This document shows, piece by piece, positions 42,843 to 50,492 of a DNA stretch of 64,000 nucleotides; positions within the stretch are counted from its first letter, which is position 1, and the number at the start of each line of letters is the position of its first letter. The translations under genes were made by a program, and so were the position numbers. Source of the stretch: a virus; IMG/VR virus record IMGVR_UViG_3300042398_001385, positions 89,315 through 153,314 of that record; one strand, 5' to 3'. The notes beneath the pieces are model-generated. The model made no database searches. It worked only from the letters and a program-made list of their open reading frames with translations, and was not told the DNA's origin.

Positions 42843-42912
42843 ATTTTACTAAACCTATTTTTGTCTCACTAAACAAATGATGTTTAGTAATACAATTTCT
42901 TGTTTAGTATTG

Positions 42913-42985
42913 TGGTACCGGCCGGAATCGAACCGGCGACACCTAGATTTTCAGTCTAGTGCTCTACCGACTGAGCTACGGTACC
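42913..42985 (-). tRNA. tRNA-Phe(GAA)
   Basis: Loop CTGAAAA. Confidence 0.92.
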
Positions 42986-43014
42986 TTGGTTTTCCAGTAT
43001 GTCAAAGAACAAAT

Positions 43015-43044
43015 AAAAAAGGCTTCGAATAATCGAAGCCTTTT
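43015..43044 (-). terminator. Attenuator terminator of tRNA operon 1
   Basis: AAAAGGCTTCGA-TTAT-TCGAAGCCTTTTTT between leader and first tRNA. Confidence 0.88.
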
Positions 43045-43072
43045 CCAAAATATCTAAATATGATTTTCTGTA

Positions 43073-43180
43073 TTAGCTTCGATCGGGTTCTTTCCCCTTA
43101 GCCCAAAACGCCACCGTTTGATAGCAGCCATTAATCTGACTGTTCATGCGAATGATGTTATGTTTACTACAGTTTTTCAT
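43073..43180 (-). CDS. Leader peptide 1 (MKNCSKHNIIRMNSQINGCYQTVAFWAKGKEPDRS)
   Basis: 35-codon ORF just after the promoter; its 3' end ATCGAAGCT is complementary to the terminator 5' arm. Confidence 0.85.
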   Translation of the reverse strand: MKNCSKHNIIRMNSQINGCYQTVAFWAKGKEPDRS

Positions 43181-43192
43181 TGTTTTCTTTAT

Positions 43193-43257
43193 TATATATC
43201 TCTATTCCGATATTGTTTCACAAAATTAGAATAATTATTCCAGATAAAAAAATGATT
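43193..43257 (-). promoter_or_regulatory. Tandem promoters of tRNA operon 1 (AATCATTTTTT...TAATTTTG and GAAAC-N18-TATA)
   Basis: Both motifs recur with fixed spacing elsewhere in the window. Confidence 0.65.
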
Positions 43258-43268
43258 TTTGATATTTT

Positions 43269-43646
43269 TTAATATTCCTCTTCGATTATTTCCATTTCTT
43301 GGATTAATCCGACAGCTTCTTCACCTTCTACTTCATCCCATGAATAATCCACATTAGTAGATTCGTAAGCATTAAAGAAAGAATCTGAATTTCTTTCTAA
43401 TTGTTTTTTCATAAACGATACTATTTCATCTTCTGAATATTGACCGTTTACCATTTCTAAAGCTTCATTGTAATCAGAAATTCCTTCCTGACTTACTCCA
43501 TTCATCACATTTAAGAAAGATCCTAAAGCAAAAATAGCTGCTTCTCTTTGATCTTTTCCAATACCAACTGCTTTAAAATTTACCTGTGCATCAGGATTCT
43601 CGTGAGCTACACTCATAGTAACTCTGCTCATTTTGTTTAATTCCAT
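43269..43646 (-). CDS. Acidic hypothetical protein, probably early
   Basis: ORF; AATCTTTTTT...TACATTTA motif upstream. Confidence 0.65.
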   Translation of the reverse strand: MELNKMSRVTMSVAHENPDAQVNFKAVGIGKDQREAAIFALGSFLNVMNGVSQEGISDYNEALEMVNGQYSEDEIVSFMKKQLERNSDSFFNAYESTNVDYSWDEVEGEEAVGLIQEMEIIEEEY

Positions 43647-43715
43647 TGTAAAAGTTTTTTTAATTAGAATGTAAATGTAGGAATTAAATTACAGGGGAAA
43701 AAAAGATTTTATTAA

Positions 43716-44234
43716 TTAAATTAAAAATTTAATAATTTTATCCTTAATTCCTGACTGTTTTATCCCCTCATTATAAGGTTTGGTAGTCATTACAAAGTTT
43801 TCTAGTTTAGAAAGATTCATATCATCTACTGCCACCCAATGTGTTACCTCTGGATGGTTTTTAAGCCATTCTTTAATCTCTGTAAAACGAATAGCTTCGT
43901 AAAGATTTTTCCATTTGAAAAGTCCAAAACCATTCTCGTCGAAATCTTTCATATTAGGTGTAAGATCAATTGGGGGTTTAATTCCACGGGTAACATACAT
44001 CTTTTTCATTTGTTCAAGATTACCCCAGTTTTTCCAATCGGAAGAAATAACAATCTCGCATCCTGTTTCTTCGATAATTTGATTTAGAACTTTAACAGCT
44101 TTAGAATCAAAGCTATCCATTCGAATATCCAAAGGGGTTTCTGGGTTACTATCGTATCCCTTCTTTTTGAATCGTCCTCCCCATTGTGAGGAAAGACAGA
44201 TTACTCCATCATGATCTAAAAATAAAACTTTCAT
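43716..44234 (-). CDS. HAD-superfamily phosphatase (Swiss-army-knife RNA-repair HAD type); start corrected to 44234
   Basis: FLDHDGV, ISSDW, EIKEWL, VAVDD motifs. Confidence 0.78.
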   Translation of the reverse strand: MKVLFLDHDGVICLSSQWGGRFKKKGYDSNPETPLDIRMDSFDSKAVKVLNQIIEETGCEIVISSDWKNWGNLEQMKKMYVTRGIKPPIDLTPNMKDFDENGFGLFKWKNLYEAIRFTEIKEWLKNHPEVTHWVAVDDMNLSKLENFVMTTKPYNEGIKQSGIKDKIIKFLI

Positions 44235-44235
44235 G

Positions 44236-44309
44236 TGGTCCCTCACGGGCTCGAACCGTGGACCTACTGATTATGAGTCAGTTGCTCTAACCTGCTGAGC
44301 TAAGGGACC
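44236..44309 (-). tRNA. tRNA-Ile2(CAT), lysidine type
   Basis: Loop CTCATAA; GGTCCCT acceptor; near-identical to 49153-49226. Confidence 0.8.
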
Positions 44310-44315
44310 TTTTTG

Positions 44316-44395
44316 TACCTTCGGAGAGACTCGAACTCTCACGCTTTCGCACTAGATCCTAAGTCTAGCGTGTCTACCAATTCCACCACGAAGGC
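44316..44395 (-). tRNA. tRNA-Leu(TAG)
   Basis: Loop CTTAGGA; variable arm. Confidence 0.92.
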
Positions 44396-44401
44396 ATTTA
44401 G

Positions 44402-44474
<73 letters not shown>

Positions 44475-44480
44475 ATATTG

Positions 44481-44554
44481 CGGTCCTAGCGGGACTCGAA
44501 CCCGCGATCTCCGCCGTGACAGGGCGGCGTCCACTCCAACTGGACTGTAGGACC
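44481..44554 (-). tRNA. tRNA-Asp(GTC)
   Basis: Loop CTGTCAC; G73. Confidence 0.92.
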
Positions 44555-44640
44555 AATTTGTTACTTATTCTCCTACCCTTTTATTTCGTAACCAACCTGC
44601 TTATCTTTAAATACGAGTTTCTCAAGGGTACAGGTTGTAG

Positions 44641-44712
44641 TAGTCGGTACGGGATTCGAACCCGTGTGACAAGGATGAAAACCTTGTATCCTGACCCCTA
44701 GATGAACCGACC
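44641..44712 (-). tRNA. tRNA-Glu(TTC)
   Basis: Loop TTTTCAT. Confidence 0.92.
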
Positions 44713-44834
44713 ATAAAAAAGGAATAAGGCAGGACCTACGCTCTGTCTTGCATTCCATCTCAAGAGCTGCCTAATACCAGTGGGTTAGTGGTTACCTTAT
44801 TCCTAATTTCAATATTTCAAAGAGCGTATAAAAC

Positions 44835-44863
44835 AAAAAAACCTCTGAGGTTATCAGAGGTTT
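44835..44863 (-). terminator. Attenuator terminator of tRNA operon 2
   Basis: AAACCTCTGA-TAACC-TCAGAGGTTTTTTT. Confidence 0.88.
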
Positions 44864-44884
44864 AAATTATATCGTTATATTAAT

Positions 44885-44974
44885 TTAATTCCTCTGACAC
44901 TTAAATCTATCCTCTAGAAGTGAATCTTCTTTACGAAGAGTAAAATCTGTTGCGATATTTAAAAAGTGTTTCAT
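44885..44974 (-). CDS. Leader peptide 2 (MKHFLNIATDFTLRKEDSLLEDRFKCQRN)
   Basis: 29-codon ORF; its 3' end TCAGAGG is complementary to the terminator 5' arm CCTCTGA. Confidence 0.8.
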   Translation of the reverse strand: MKHFLNIATDFTLRKEDSLLEDRFKCQRN

Positions 44975-44999
44975 TGAAAGTTTTGTTCCTTTTTTATTA

Positions 45000-45026
45000 T
45001 ATACTCCAAAAGTACAGAAAAGTTTC
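45000..45026 (-). promoter_or_regulatory. GAAAC-N18-TATA promoter of tRNA operon 2
   Basis: Recurrent motif. Confidence 0.65.
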
Positions 45027-45062
45027 CTATTTAAAAAACGATTTCCTGAATTTTTTTATTTT

Positions 45063-45602
45063 TTATCCTCCTACTCCTATAGCAGCATAGGTATCAGCTA
45101 TTTTTTTGATCCCGTCGAATAATCTTTTTTTCTGTCCTTCCCATCTAGAATCACCCGTATTAATAGCTTTAACTAATACTGGAGGAAGAGCATTAGTAAT
45201 GTTTTCCATCGTGATATCATATATTTTATTTTGTGAAGGGAACAATTTAATTTTTTTGTCTTTAGGATCAGGAGCTAAATATATGTCTATATTTTTTTCT
45301 GTCCCTCCTGCAGTTGTTTTTAATCTCACTGCAATACCGTTTCCTGTAGATTTTGGTGCTTCCATTTGACTAGCAATAGATGCTGATTCAACTAATATAG
45401 CTGGACTCCCCTTAATAGGAAAATAAAGAGGATTAAGCTTTCCAGCAGAGTCTTTAACTTCACTAACAAATAGTTTGCCGAGTAAATCTTTTTGTTGACT
45501 TATATAAGTTTCCAATTTCTTTTTAAACTCCTCTGGTGAAGCAGCCTCGTTTACATTAAGATTCTCGGATAGGAATAAATCGAATGTTAGGATATTTTTC
45601 AT
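45063..45602 (-). CDS. Hypothetical protein with shared N-terminal motif
   Basis: MKNILTFDLFLSENLNVNE; start corrected. Confidence 0.7.
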   Translation of the reverse strand: MKNILTFDLFLSENLNVNEAASPEEFKKKLETYISQQKDLLGKLFVSEVKDSAGKLNPLYFPIKGSPAILVESASIASQMEAPKSTGNGIAVRLKTTAGGTEKNIDIYLAPDPKDKKIKLFPSQNKIYDITMENITNALPPVLVKAINTGDSRWEGQKKRLFDGIKKIADTYAAIGVGG

Positions 45603-45613
45603 TTTAATTTTTT

Positions 45614-45892
45614 TTATAAATTCCAAGCTGGGTTAGCAACTATTAGAATGCCATTTTCTACTCTAGGAATAGGTTTAGTTGAATAAACATCATCATATTC
45701 TATTTGGTCTGGGTAGAATTTTTGTCCTTGGAACATGATGTAGTTTTCTTCATCTTTACCTCTGTGGCTCCATCCTTGTCCTCTCATAGAATCGTGAGCT
45801 GCATCATCAACTGTTGGTCTGCCAAAGAGAGCATCCCAGAATCCCTCGTTTACTTTTTCAGAGAATGATTCAAATTCAAATATATGTTTCAT
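45614..45892 (-). CDS. Hypothetical protein with shared N-terminal motif
   Basis: MKHIFEFESFSEKVNE; start corrected. Confidence 0.7.
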   Translation of the reverse strand: MKHIFEFESFSEKVNEGFWDALFGRPTVDDAAHDSMRGQGWSHRGKDEENYIMFQGQKFYPDQIEYDDVYSTKPIPRVENGILIVANPAWNL

Positions 45893-45905
45893 TTTGTTTT
45901 TTATT

Positions 45906-46262
45906 TTAAAGCATATTAGATAAAATGTGATAAAGACTATCGCATTCATAATCCATATCGCTTAATTCTAAATTTCTTCCGTTGTACATTATAGTTGATT
46001 CATTAGTATCAACAGTAACAGATTTTCCAATAATCCAAGCTACTATTACACCAGGTTTAATCTCTCTGACGTTTTCAACAAAGGATTTATCAGGAAATCC
46101 TGATGGGTCTTTATATCCAATAGCTCTATAAATGCTGTCCAGTGATGCTCGATCTTCTTTTTTTTCGTATCCAATAAATCTTTTTCCAGCACTTACTGCT
46201 TTTTGAAGCAGAGAAGGTTTTTTAAACTGATTAAAATCCTCGAATATTTTTAGGTGCTTCAT
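45906..46262 (-). CDS. Hypothetical protein with shared N-terminal motif
   Basis: MKHLKIFEDF; GATATATA at 46276-46283. Confidence 0.7.
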   Translation of the reverse strand: MKHLKIFEDFNQFKKPSLLQKAVSAGKRFIGYEKKEDRASLDSIYRAIGYKDPSGFPDKSFVENVREIKPGVIVAWIIGKSVTVDTNESTIMYNGRNLELSDMDYECDSLYHILSNML

Positions 46263-46282
46263 TTATTTTTTTATTTATATAT

Positions 46283-46702
46283 CTATAGTATTCCTTGAGA
46301 TCTTAGAAATTGGTAGATAGAATCAGAATTTTCCTCTGCCCACGTTATAGCTATTTCCTCTATATCTACACCTTTATATGTTAAATCTGTTCCGTGTATT
46401 TCTAGAGATAGGTGCATAGATTCGTGCATAATCAATAAAACGTCCTTATATCCATTACCTAACCGAGTAGCATTTAAAAATAAAAAGAGCTTGTTGTGAT
46501 CATCCGGATAAACATTACATAATCCTGCTATATAAGCATTAGTTGGATTATCGTAACAGTCTTTCTTATAAAGACCATGTAGTTCTTCTACACCAAAAAA
46601 ATTAAATATATCTTCGGACTTTTTCCCTATTATTAGAGTATATTCGGGATATTGCTTTGTAATTATTCCTGATATATCGAAATATGATAGTTTTTTAATC
46701 AT
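46283..46702 (-). CDS. HExxH metallopeptidase-like protein
   Basis: IMHESMH followed by EE. Confidence 0.55.
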   Translation of the reverse strand: MIKKLSYFDISGIITKQYPEYTLIIGKKSEDIFNFFGVEELHGLYKKDCYDNPTNAYIAGLCNVYPDDHNKLFLFLNATRLGNGYKDVLLIMHESMHLSLEIHGTDLTYKGVDIEEIAITWAEENSDSIYQFLRSQGIL

Positions 46703-46712
46703 ATTATTCTAA

Positions 46713-48326
46713 TTATAATTCAAGCATGTCATAAACGTCCTTATATCCGTACTTTTTAGCCCCTCTATTCATTGCTATTAGATATGATCCAATGTTTAAA
46801 AGATCAGGAAATACTGGACTGTCTACTAATCTATCAGCTATCTTACCGGCAGCTTCTTCCCATTCTGGGCTTTCTTTCTTTTTAATAATAATATCCTGTA
46901 AAATTTCTAGTTCTTTACGGTTATCCTGGAGGAACTTTCCTATCCATGAAGTTTTAAACGCTTGCTTTATGTCGAACAGTAGGTACTTATTGAAATAGTA
47001 ATACTCACCTATGTATTCATTGCTCCTTTTAGCCATAACTTCTTTTTGTTCTGGAGTTCCGTAACTGTATCGTTCAGGTCTTGTGTATTCAGGGTGAGAC
47101 TCAAAATCTCTATCTAACTCAGATTCTAATTTATTCGGATCCCATGAATCCATACTTAACGCGTGTTCATCCGAATTATTCCAAATGAAACCTGCAGTCT
47201 CATCGAACTGTTTCATTGAAAATTTAGGAGTAGCTATGATCTTGCAAACCATCGTCATGTATCGTAAGTAGTTGCGCACAACTTCTTTGTCGAAAGGATC
47301 TTCTGTATGATCATTTGATAAATATTTCACACAAGCTTTCAAGTAATCTTTGCTGAATCCTCTATGAGCTTGGTACTCCTGTTCTTCTTTCTTGATGTCC
47401 AAGTTTTTGTACTGAGATCTTTTAATCTTCCCTAGACTCATAAAATCTTCCCAGTTCGTTTGTCCCTTCTCAAGATTGTACCATTTAGAACCCCAGTGTA
47501 GTCCACTTTTTCTGATGTCTTCCCTGTCTTGTAAATCTCTCATCTCACTGTCAAGATTATCATCGGTTGAGTAGTGAGAGCCCCCACTAAACGTAGTGTA
47601 GCCCATAGCTTCTATCGCATTGTTGGCATCTTGCAGCTCGTAATCGACAATATCTCCTTTTATCTTCAAGAAATAAATTTGGTTTCTGTTCTCAGCTGTT
47701 TTAGACACAAACTCCCTAACTTCTTCCTCTGCTTCAGGTAAGTAAAGAACTACTGTACCGTCAGACACTACCAAGCTCTTGTCATAGTAAGTGTCTATAG
47801 CAAAGAGACTGGCAGGTTTTCCGTTAGTCTTGATCATAGATTCTCCGGGCATCAAGTAGATGTACTTGTTACCTGTCCAGTTTCCACCTGAGTGAGAAGA
47901 AACTACGTGGTTCAACGTAAAGTGTTTTGTCCATCTGGTGGAATGAGCATCTATCATCCATTTTCTAAAAGTTTCAAAGTCCTTGTAGTGAGGTTCTTCC
48001 TTTATCCATGTATTTTCAGGGTCGTTGATGTCATCATTGTACTTCTTCTTGAGGTACTTCTCGAAAGAGTCATTGAAGCCTACGCTCTTTAGAGCTTTTC
48101 CTGTGTGAAGTATCATATCTTTACCACGAAGTGTGGGAAGCTCATCTGAGGATCTAATAAAAACTAAGTTCTTCCAATCAATAGCTACTATACCATCTTC
48201 CTTAAAATCCAGTTTGTCCACAGGTTCTCCAACTTTAGGTAATTCACTAATATTATTAATTATTTTAGAAGCTTTTGATAGGTATTCAAAAACAAACTCT
48301 TCGAATAATTTTATGTACTTTTTCAT
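46713..48326 (-). CDS. Hypothetical protein with shared N-terminal motif
   Basis: MKKYIKLFEEFVFE; GATATATA at 48333-48340. Confidence 0.75.
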   Translation of the reverse strand: MKKYIKLFEEFVFEYLSKASKIINNISELPKVGEPVDKLDFKEDGIVAIDWKNLVFIRSSDELPTLRGKDMILHTGKALKSVGFNDSFEKYLKKKYNDDINDPENTWIKEEPHYKDFETFRKWMIDAHSTRWTKHFTLNHVVSSHSGGNWTGNKYIYLMPGESMIKTNGKPASLFAIDTYYDKSLVVSDGTVVLYLPEAEEEVREFVSKTAENRNQIYFLKIKGDIVDYELQDANNAIEAMGYTTFSGGSHYSTDDNLDSEMRDLQDREDIRKSGLHWGSKWYNLEKGQTNWEDFMSLGKIKRSQYKNLDIKKEEQEYQAHRGFSKDYLKACVKYLSNDHTEDPFDKEVVRNYLRYMTMVCKIIATPKFSMKQFDETAGFIWNNSDEHALSMDSWDPNKLESELDRDFESHPEYTRPERYSYGTPEQKEVMAKRSNEYIGEYYYFNKYLLFDIKQAFKTSWIGKFLQDNRKELEILQDIIIKKKESPEWEEAAGKIADRLVDSPVFPDLLNIGSYLIAMNRGAKKYGYKDVYDMLEL

Positions 48327-48364
48327 ATACGTTATATATCTCGTTTATTTAGATATATAGTAGT

Positions 48365-48937
48365 ATGAAGTATATTAAACTATTTGAGGGATTTGATACA
48401 AATAATAATCCCACATCGATAACATTAGAGATACTTCCTGGATTCTACAATAGAATGAAAGAATCTAATGGAACTGTAACAGATGGAAGTTATGGATATC
48501 CTGATCCTAAAAATATACAGTTGTTCGATGGGAGTACTGATTTTAAAGAGAATTATAATCTTTGTTACGTAGCTAGATTAAATTCCAAATCTGAATATAA
48601 CTACGGAGGATCTGTATCTATTTGGATTAGTTATAGAAGAGACATTGCAGAGATTTCAATGTACGAGTCTATATTTGACTTTGATACTAATAGAAAATTA
48701 ATGGATTATGCTTCAGGTTTACCTAACACATCCCCAATTTATAAGGGATTATGGAAGGATACAAATCAGGATAACATAGAATATAACAGGAGATTAATGC
48801 CAAAGGATACACTATCAAGAGTTAGAAGAGAAGAATGGAACTTCTTTAATCCTACTGGATATTGCAAATTTGAAGATGGCGTAGAACCAGGTAAAACCGA
48901 TCACCGAGGATACTTCAGAATTAAAGAGGTTAAGTAA
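48365..48937 (+). CDS. Hypothetical protein with shared N-terminal motif
   Basis: MKYIKLFEGF; GATATATA at 48352-48359. Confidence 0.75.
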   Translation: MKYIKLFEGFDTNNNPTSITLEILPGFYNRMKESNGTVTDGSYGYPDPKNIQLFDGSTDFKENYNLCYVARLNSKSEYNYGGSVSIWISYRRDIAEISMYESIFDFDTNRKLMDYASGLPNTSPIYKGLWKDTNQDNIEYNRRLMPKDTLSRVRREEWNFFNPTGYCKFEDGVEPGKTDHRGYFRIKEVK

Positions 48938-48951
48938 AAAAATCTAAAAAG

Positions 48952-49054
48952 TACAAGAGGTTGGACTTGAACCAACATGAACTTTCGTTCTCGGGCATGA
49001 CACCCTAGCGTCTATCCATCGGATCATAAATGAACTCGCTTCCGCCACTCTTAT
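48952..49054 (-). ncRNA. Atypical tRNA-like RNA (Leu-type body, D-loop insertion, non-canonical anticodon loop TGTCATG)
   Basis: Acceptor ATAAGAG/CTCTTGT-A; T-arm GTTGG-TTCAAGT-CCAAC; variable arm GAAC-GAAA-GTTC. Confidence 0.65.
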
Positions 49055-49059
49055 ATTTG

Positions 49060-49143
49060 TACCCGGAGAGGGACTTGAACCCTCACGACCAAATGGCCAA
49101 CAGATTTTAAGTCTGTCTTGTCTACCTATTCCAACATCCGGGC
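49060..49143 (-). tRNA. tRNA-Leu(TAA)
   Basis: Loop CTTAAAA. Confidence 0.92.
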
Positions 49144-49152
49144 AGACTTTTG

Positions 49153-49226
49153 TGGTCCCTCACGGGCTCGAACCGTGGACCTACTGATTATGAGTCAGTT
49201 GCTCTAACCTACTGAGCTAAGGGACC
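49153..49226 (-). tRNA. tRNA-Ile2(CAT), lysidine type
   Basis: Loop CTCATAA; differs by 1 nt from 44236-44309. Confidence 0.8.
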
Positions 49227-49230
49227 TAAG

Positions 49231-49304
49231 TAGAGACGACGAGAGTCGAACTCGTGACCGCATGCGTATAAGGCATGTGCTCTAACCAATTGAGCTACGC
49301 CTCT
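49231..49304 (-). tRNA. tRNA-Ile(TAT)
   Basis: Anticodon arm CATGC-CTTATAC-GCATG; A73. Confidence 0.85.
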
Positions 49305-49311
49305 ATGGCTG

Positions 49312-49384
49312 TCGGGATACCAGGACTCGAACCTGGGGCCTCCTGGTCCCAAACCAGGCGATCTACCAACTGATCTACATCCCG
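49312..49384 (-). tRNA. tRNA-Pro(TGG)
   Basis: Loop TTTGGGA; CGGGATG acceptor. Confidence 0.92.
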
Positions 49385-49551
49385 AAATTGTATGTCTTTA
49401 AGTATCACCAGAACATACAAACTGTGCCAACCAACGATTTGGAGAATAAGTGTGCATAACATTAAAGAATACCAAGGTATCCTACCTGTCTACGGTGTAG
49501 AGGCCTATTCCATCTTCGATCCATGCCCAGCGCTAGGCAGAGGGATTTGTG

Positions 49552-49625
49552 TGATCCGAGCAGGATTCGAACCTGCGACCTACTGCTTAGAAGGCAGTTG
49601 CTCTATCCAGCTGAGCTATCGGACC
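49552..49625 (-). tRNA. tRNA-Arg(TCT)
   Basis: Loop CTTCTAA. Confidence 0.92.
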
Positions 49626-49628
49626 AAA

Positions 49629-49717
49629 TGGCGGAGAGGGCGAGATTCGAACTCGCGGTAGCTTTCACTACGTCGGTTTTCAAGACCGGTGCATTAAACC
49701 AACTCTGCCACCTCTCC
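49629..49717 (-). tRNA. tRNA-Ser(TGA)
   Basis: Loop CTTGAAA; long variable arm; CCA encoded. Confidence 0.92.
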
Positions 49718-49742
49718 AATTCATCATTATTTCAAAGACCAT

Positions 49743-49777
49743 AAAAAAACCGGGACTTTTAAAGGTCCCGGTTTTTT
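49743..49777 (-). terminator. Attenuator terminator of tRNA operon 3
   Basis: AAAAAACCGGGAC-CTTTAAAA-GTCCCGGTTTTTTT. Confidence 0.9.
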
Positions 49778-49798
49778 AGTTTATAGTTATAGTTAAAA

Positions 49799-49873
49799 CT
49801 AACACAGGACCTTTAGAGATCGTCTTATCGACGGTCTTAATATTATAGGTAATATGTTAAGTGTTTTGTTCAT
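49799..49873 (-). CDS. Leader peptide 3 (MNKTLNILPIILRPSIRRSLKVLC)
   Basis: 24-codon ORF; TAAAGGTCC near its end is complementary to GGACCTTTA in the terminator. Confidence 0.85.
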   Translation of the reverse strand: MNKTLNILPIILRPSIRRSLKVLC

Positions 49874-49881
49874 TTAAGTAT

Positions 49882-49946
49882 TATATATCGTTCCTTTTGT
49901 TTTGTTTCACAAATATAGATCTTTTATATTGATAAAAAAAATGATT
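49882..49946 (-). promoter_or_regulatory. Tandem promoters of tRNA operon 3 (AATCATTTTTT...TATATTTG and GAAAC-N18-TATA)
   Basis: Same layout as upstream of leader 1. Confidence 0.65.
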
Positions 49947-49959
49947 ATGTGGATTAATT

Positions 49960-50451
49960 TTAAAAATTAATTTGTTTTTTAATCTTTTCAATGATATAAT
50001 TTGAAAGATCTGTTTTATCTGAATAATCTAATTTATGTTTGCTAATAAACATGCTTATTTTATTCTTTATATCTCTTTTTATATCATTAGTTAATGTATC
50101 AATCTCATTAGAAAGACTATTATAAAGAGAGGCTCTTTTATAATCTCTAATAGTATCAGGATCGAGGCCATTATAATATTTTTCGATATCTGAATTATCC
50201 ATTTTACCAGCATTTATAGCCATAGTTATAATCTCAGTAAAAAAATCTCCATTTAGTTTTCCTTCTTTAACCATAGATCCAATAACAGAAATAAAGTGGT
50301 AAAGATCATCCTTATCTCCTTTATCGATTACACCTTTTGCAAGTGCTAAAATCCCTGAAGGAGTCATTGACTCAATCATTTTAGGTGTAAGTCCAGCAAG
50401 TTTTTGTGAATATGGAGTGCTATACTCTTCGAATAAATTTATATGCTTCAT
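49960..50451 (-). CDS. Hypothetical protein with shared N-terminal motif
   Basis: MKHINLFEEY. Confidence 0.7.
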   Translation of the reverse strand: MKHINLFEEYSTPYSQKLAGLTPKMIESMTPSGILALAKGVIDKGDKDDLYHFISVIGSMVKEGKLNGDFFTEIITMAINAGKMDNSDIEKYYNGLDPDTIRDYKRASLYNSLSNEIDTLTNDIKRDIKNKISMFISKHKLDYSDKTDLSNYIIEKIKKQINF

Positions 50452-50492
50452 TATATTTATATTATTTATCTATATCTATATATCTATATATT

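Noticed and set aside
41275-42872. ORF-track entries at 41275, 41688, 42274, 42585 (also 44352, 44432, 44573, 49392, 49523)
   Set aside because: They overlap tRNA genes and are chance open frames in GC-richer RNA genes
48952-49054. Selenocysteine tRNA or genome-wide stop-codon recoding
   Set aside because: Lacks the extended acceptor stem of tRNA-Sec; genes read normally in the standard code with TGA, TAG and TAA all used as stops
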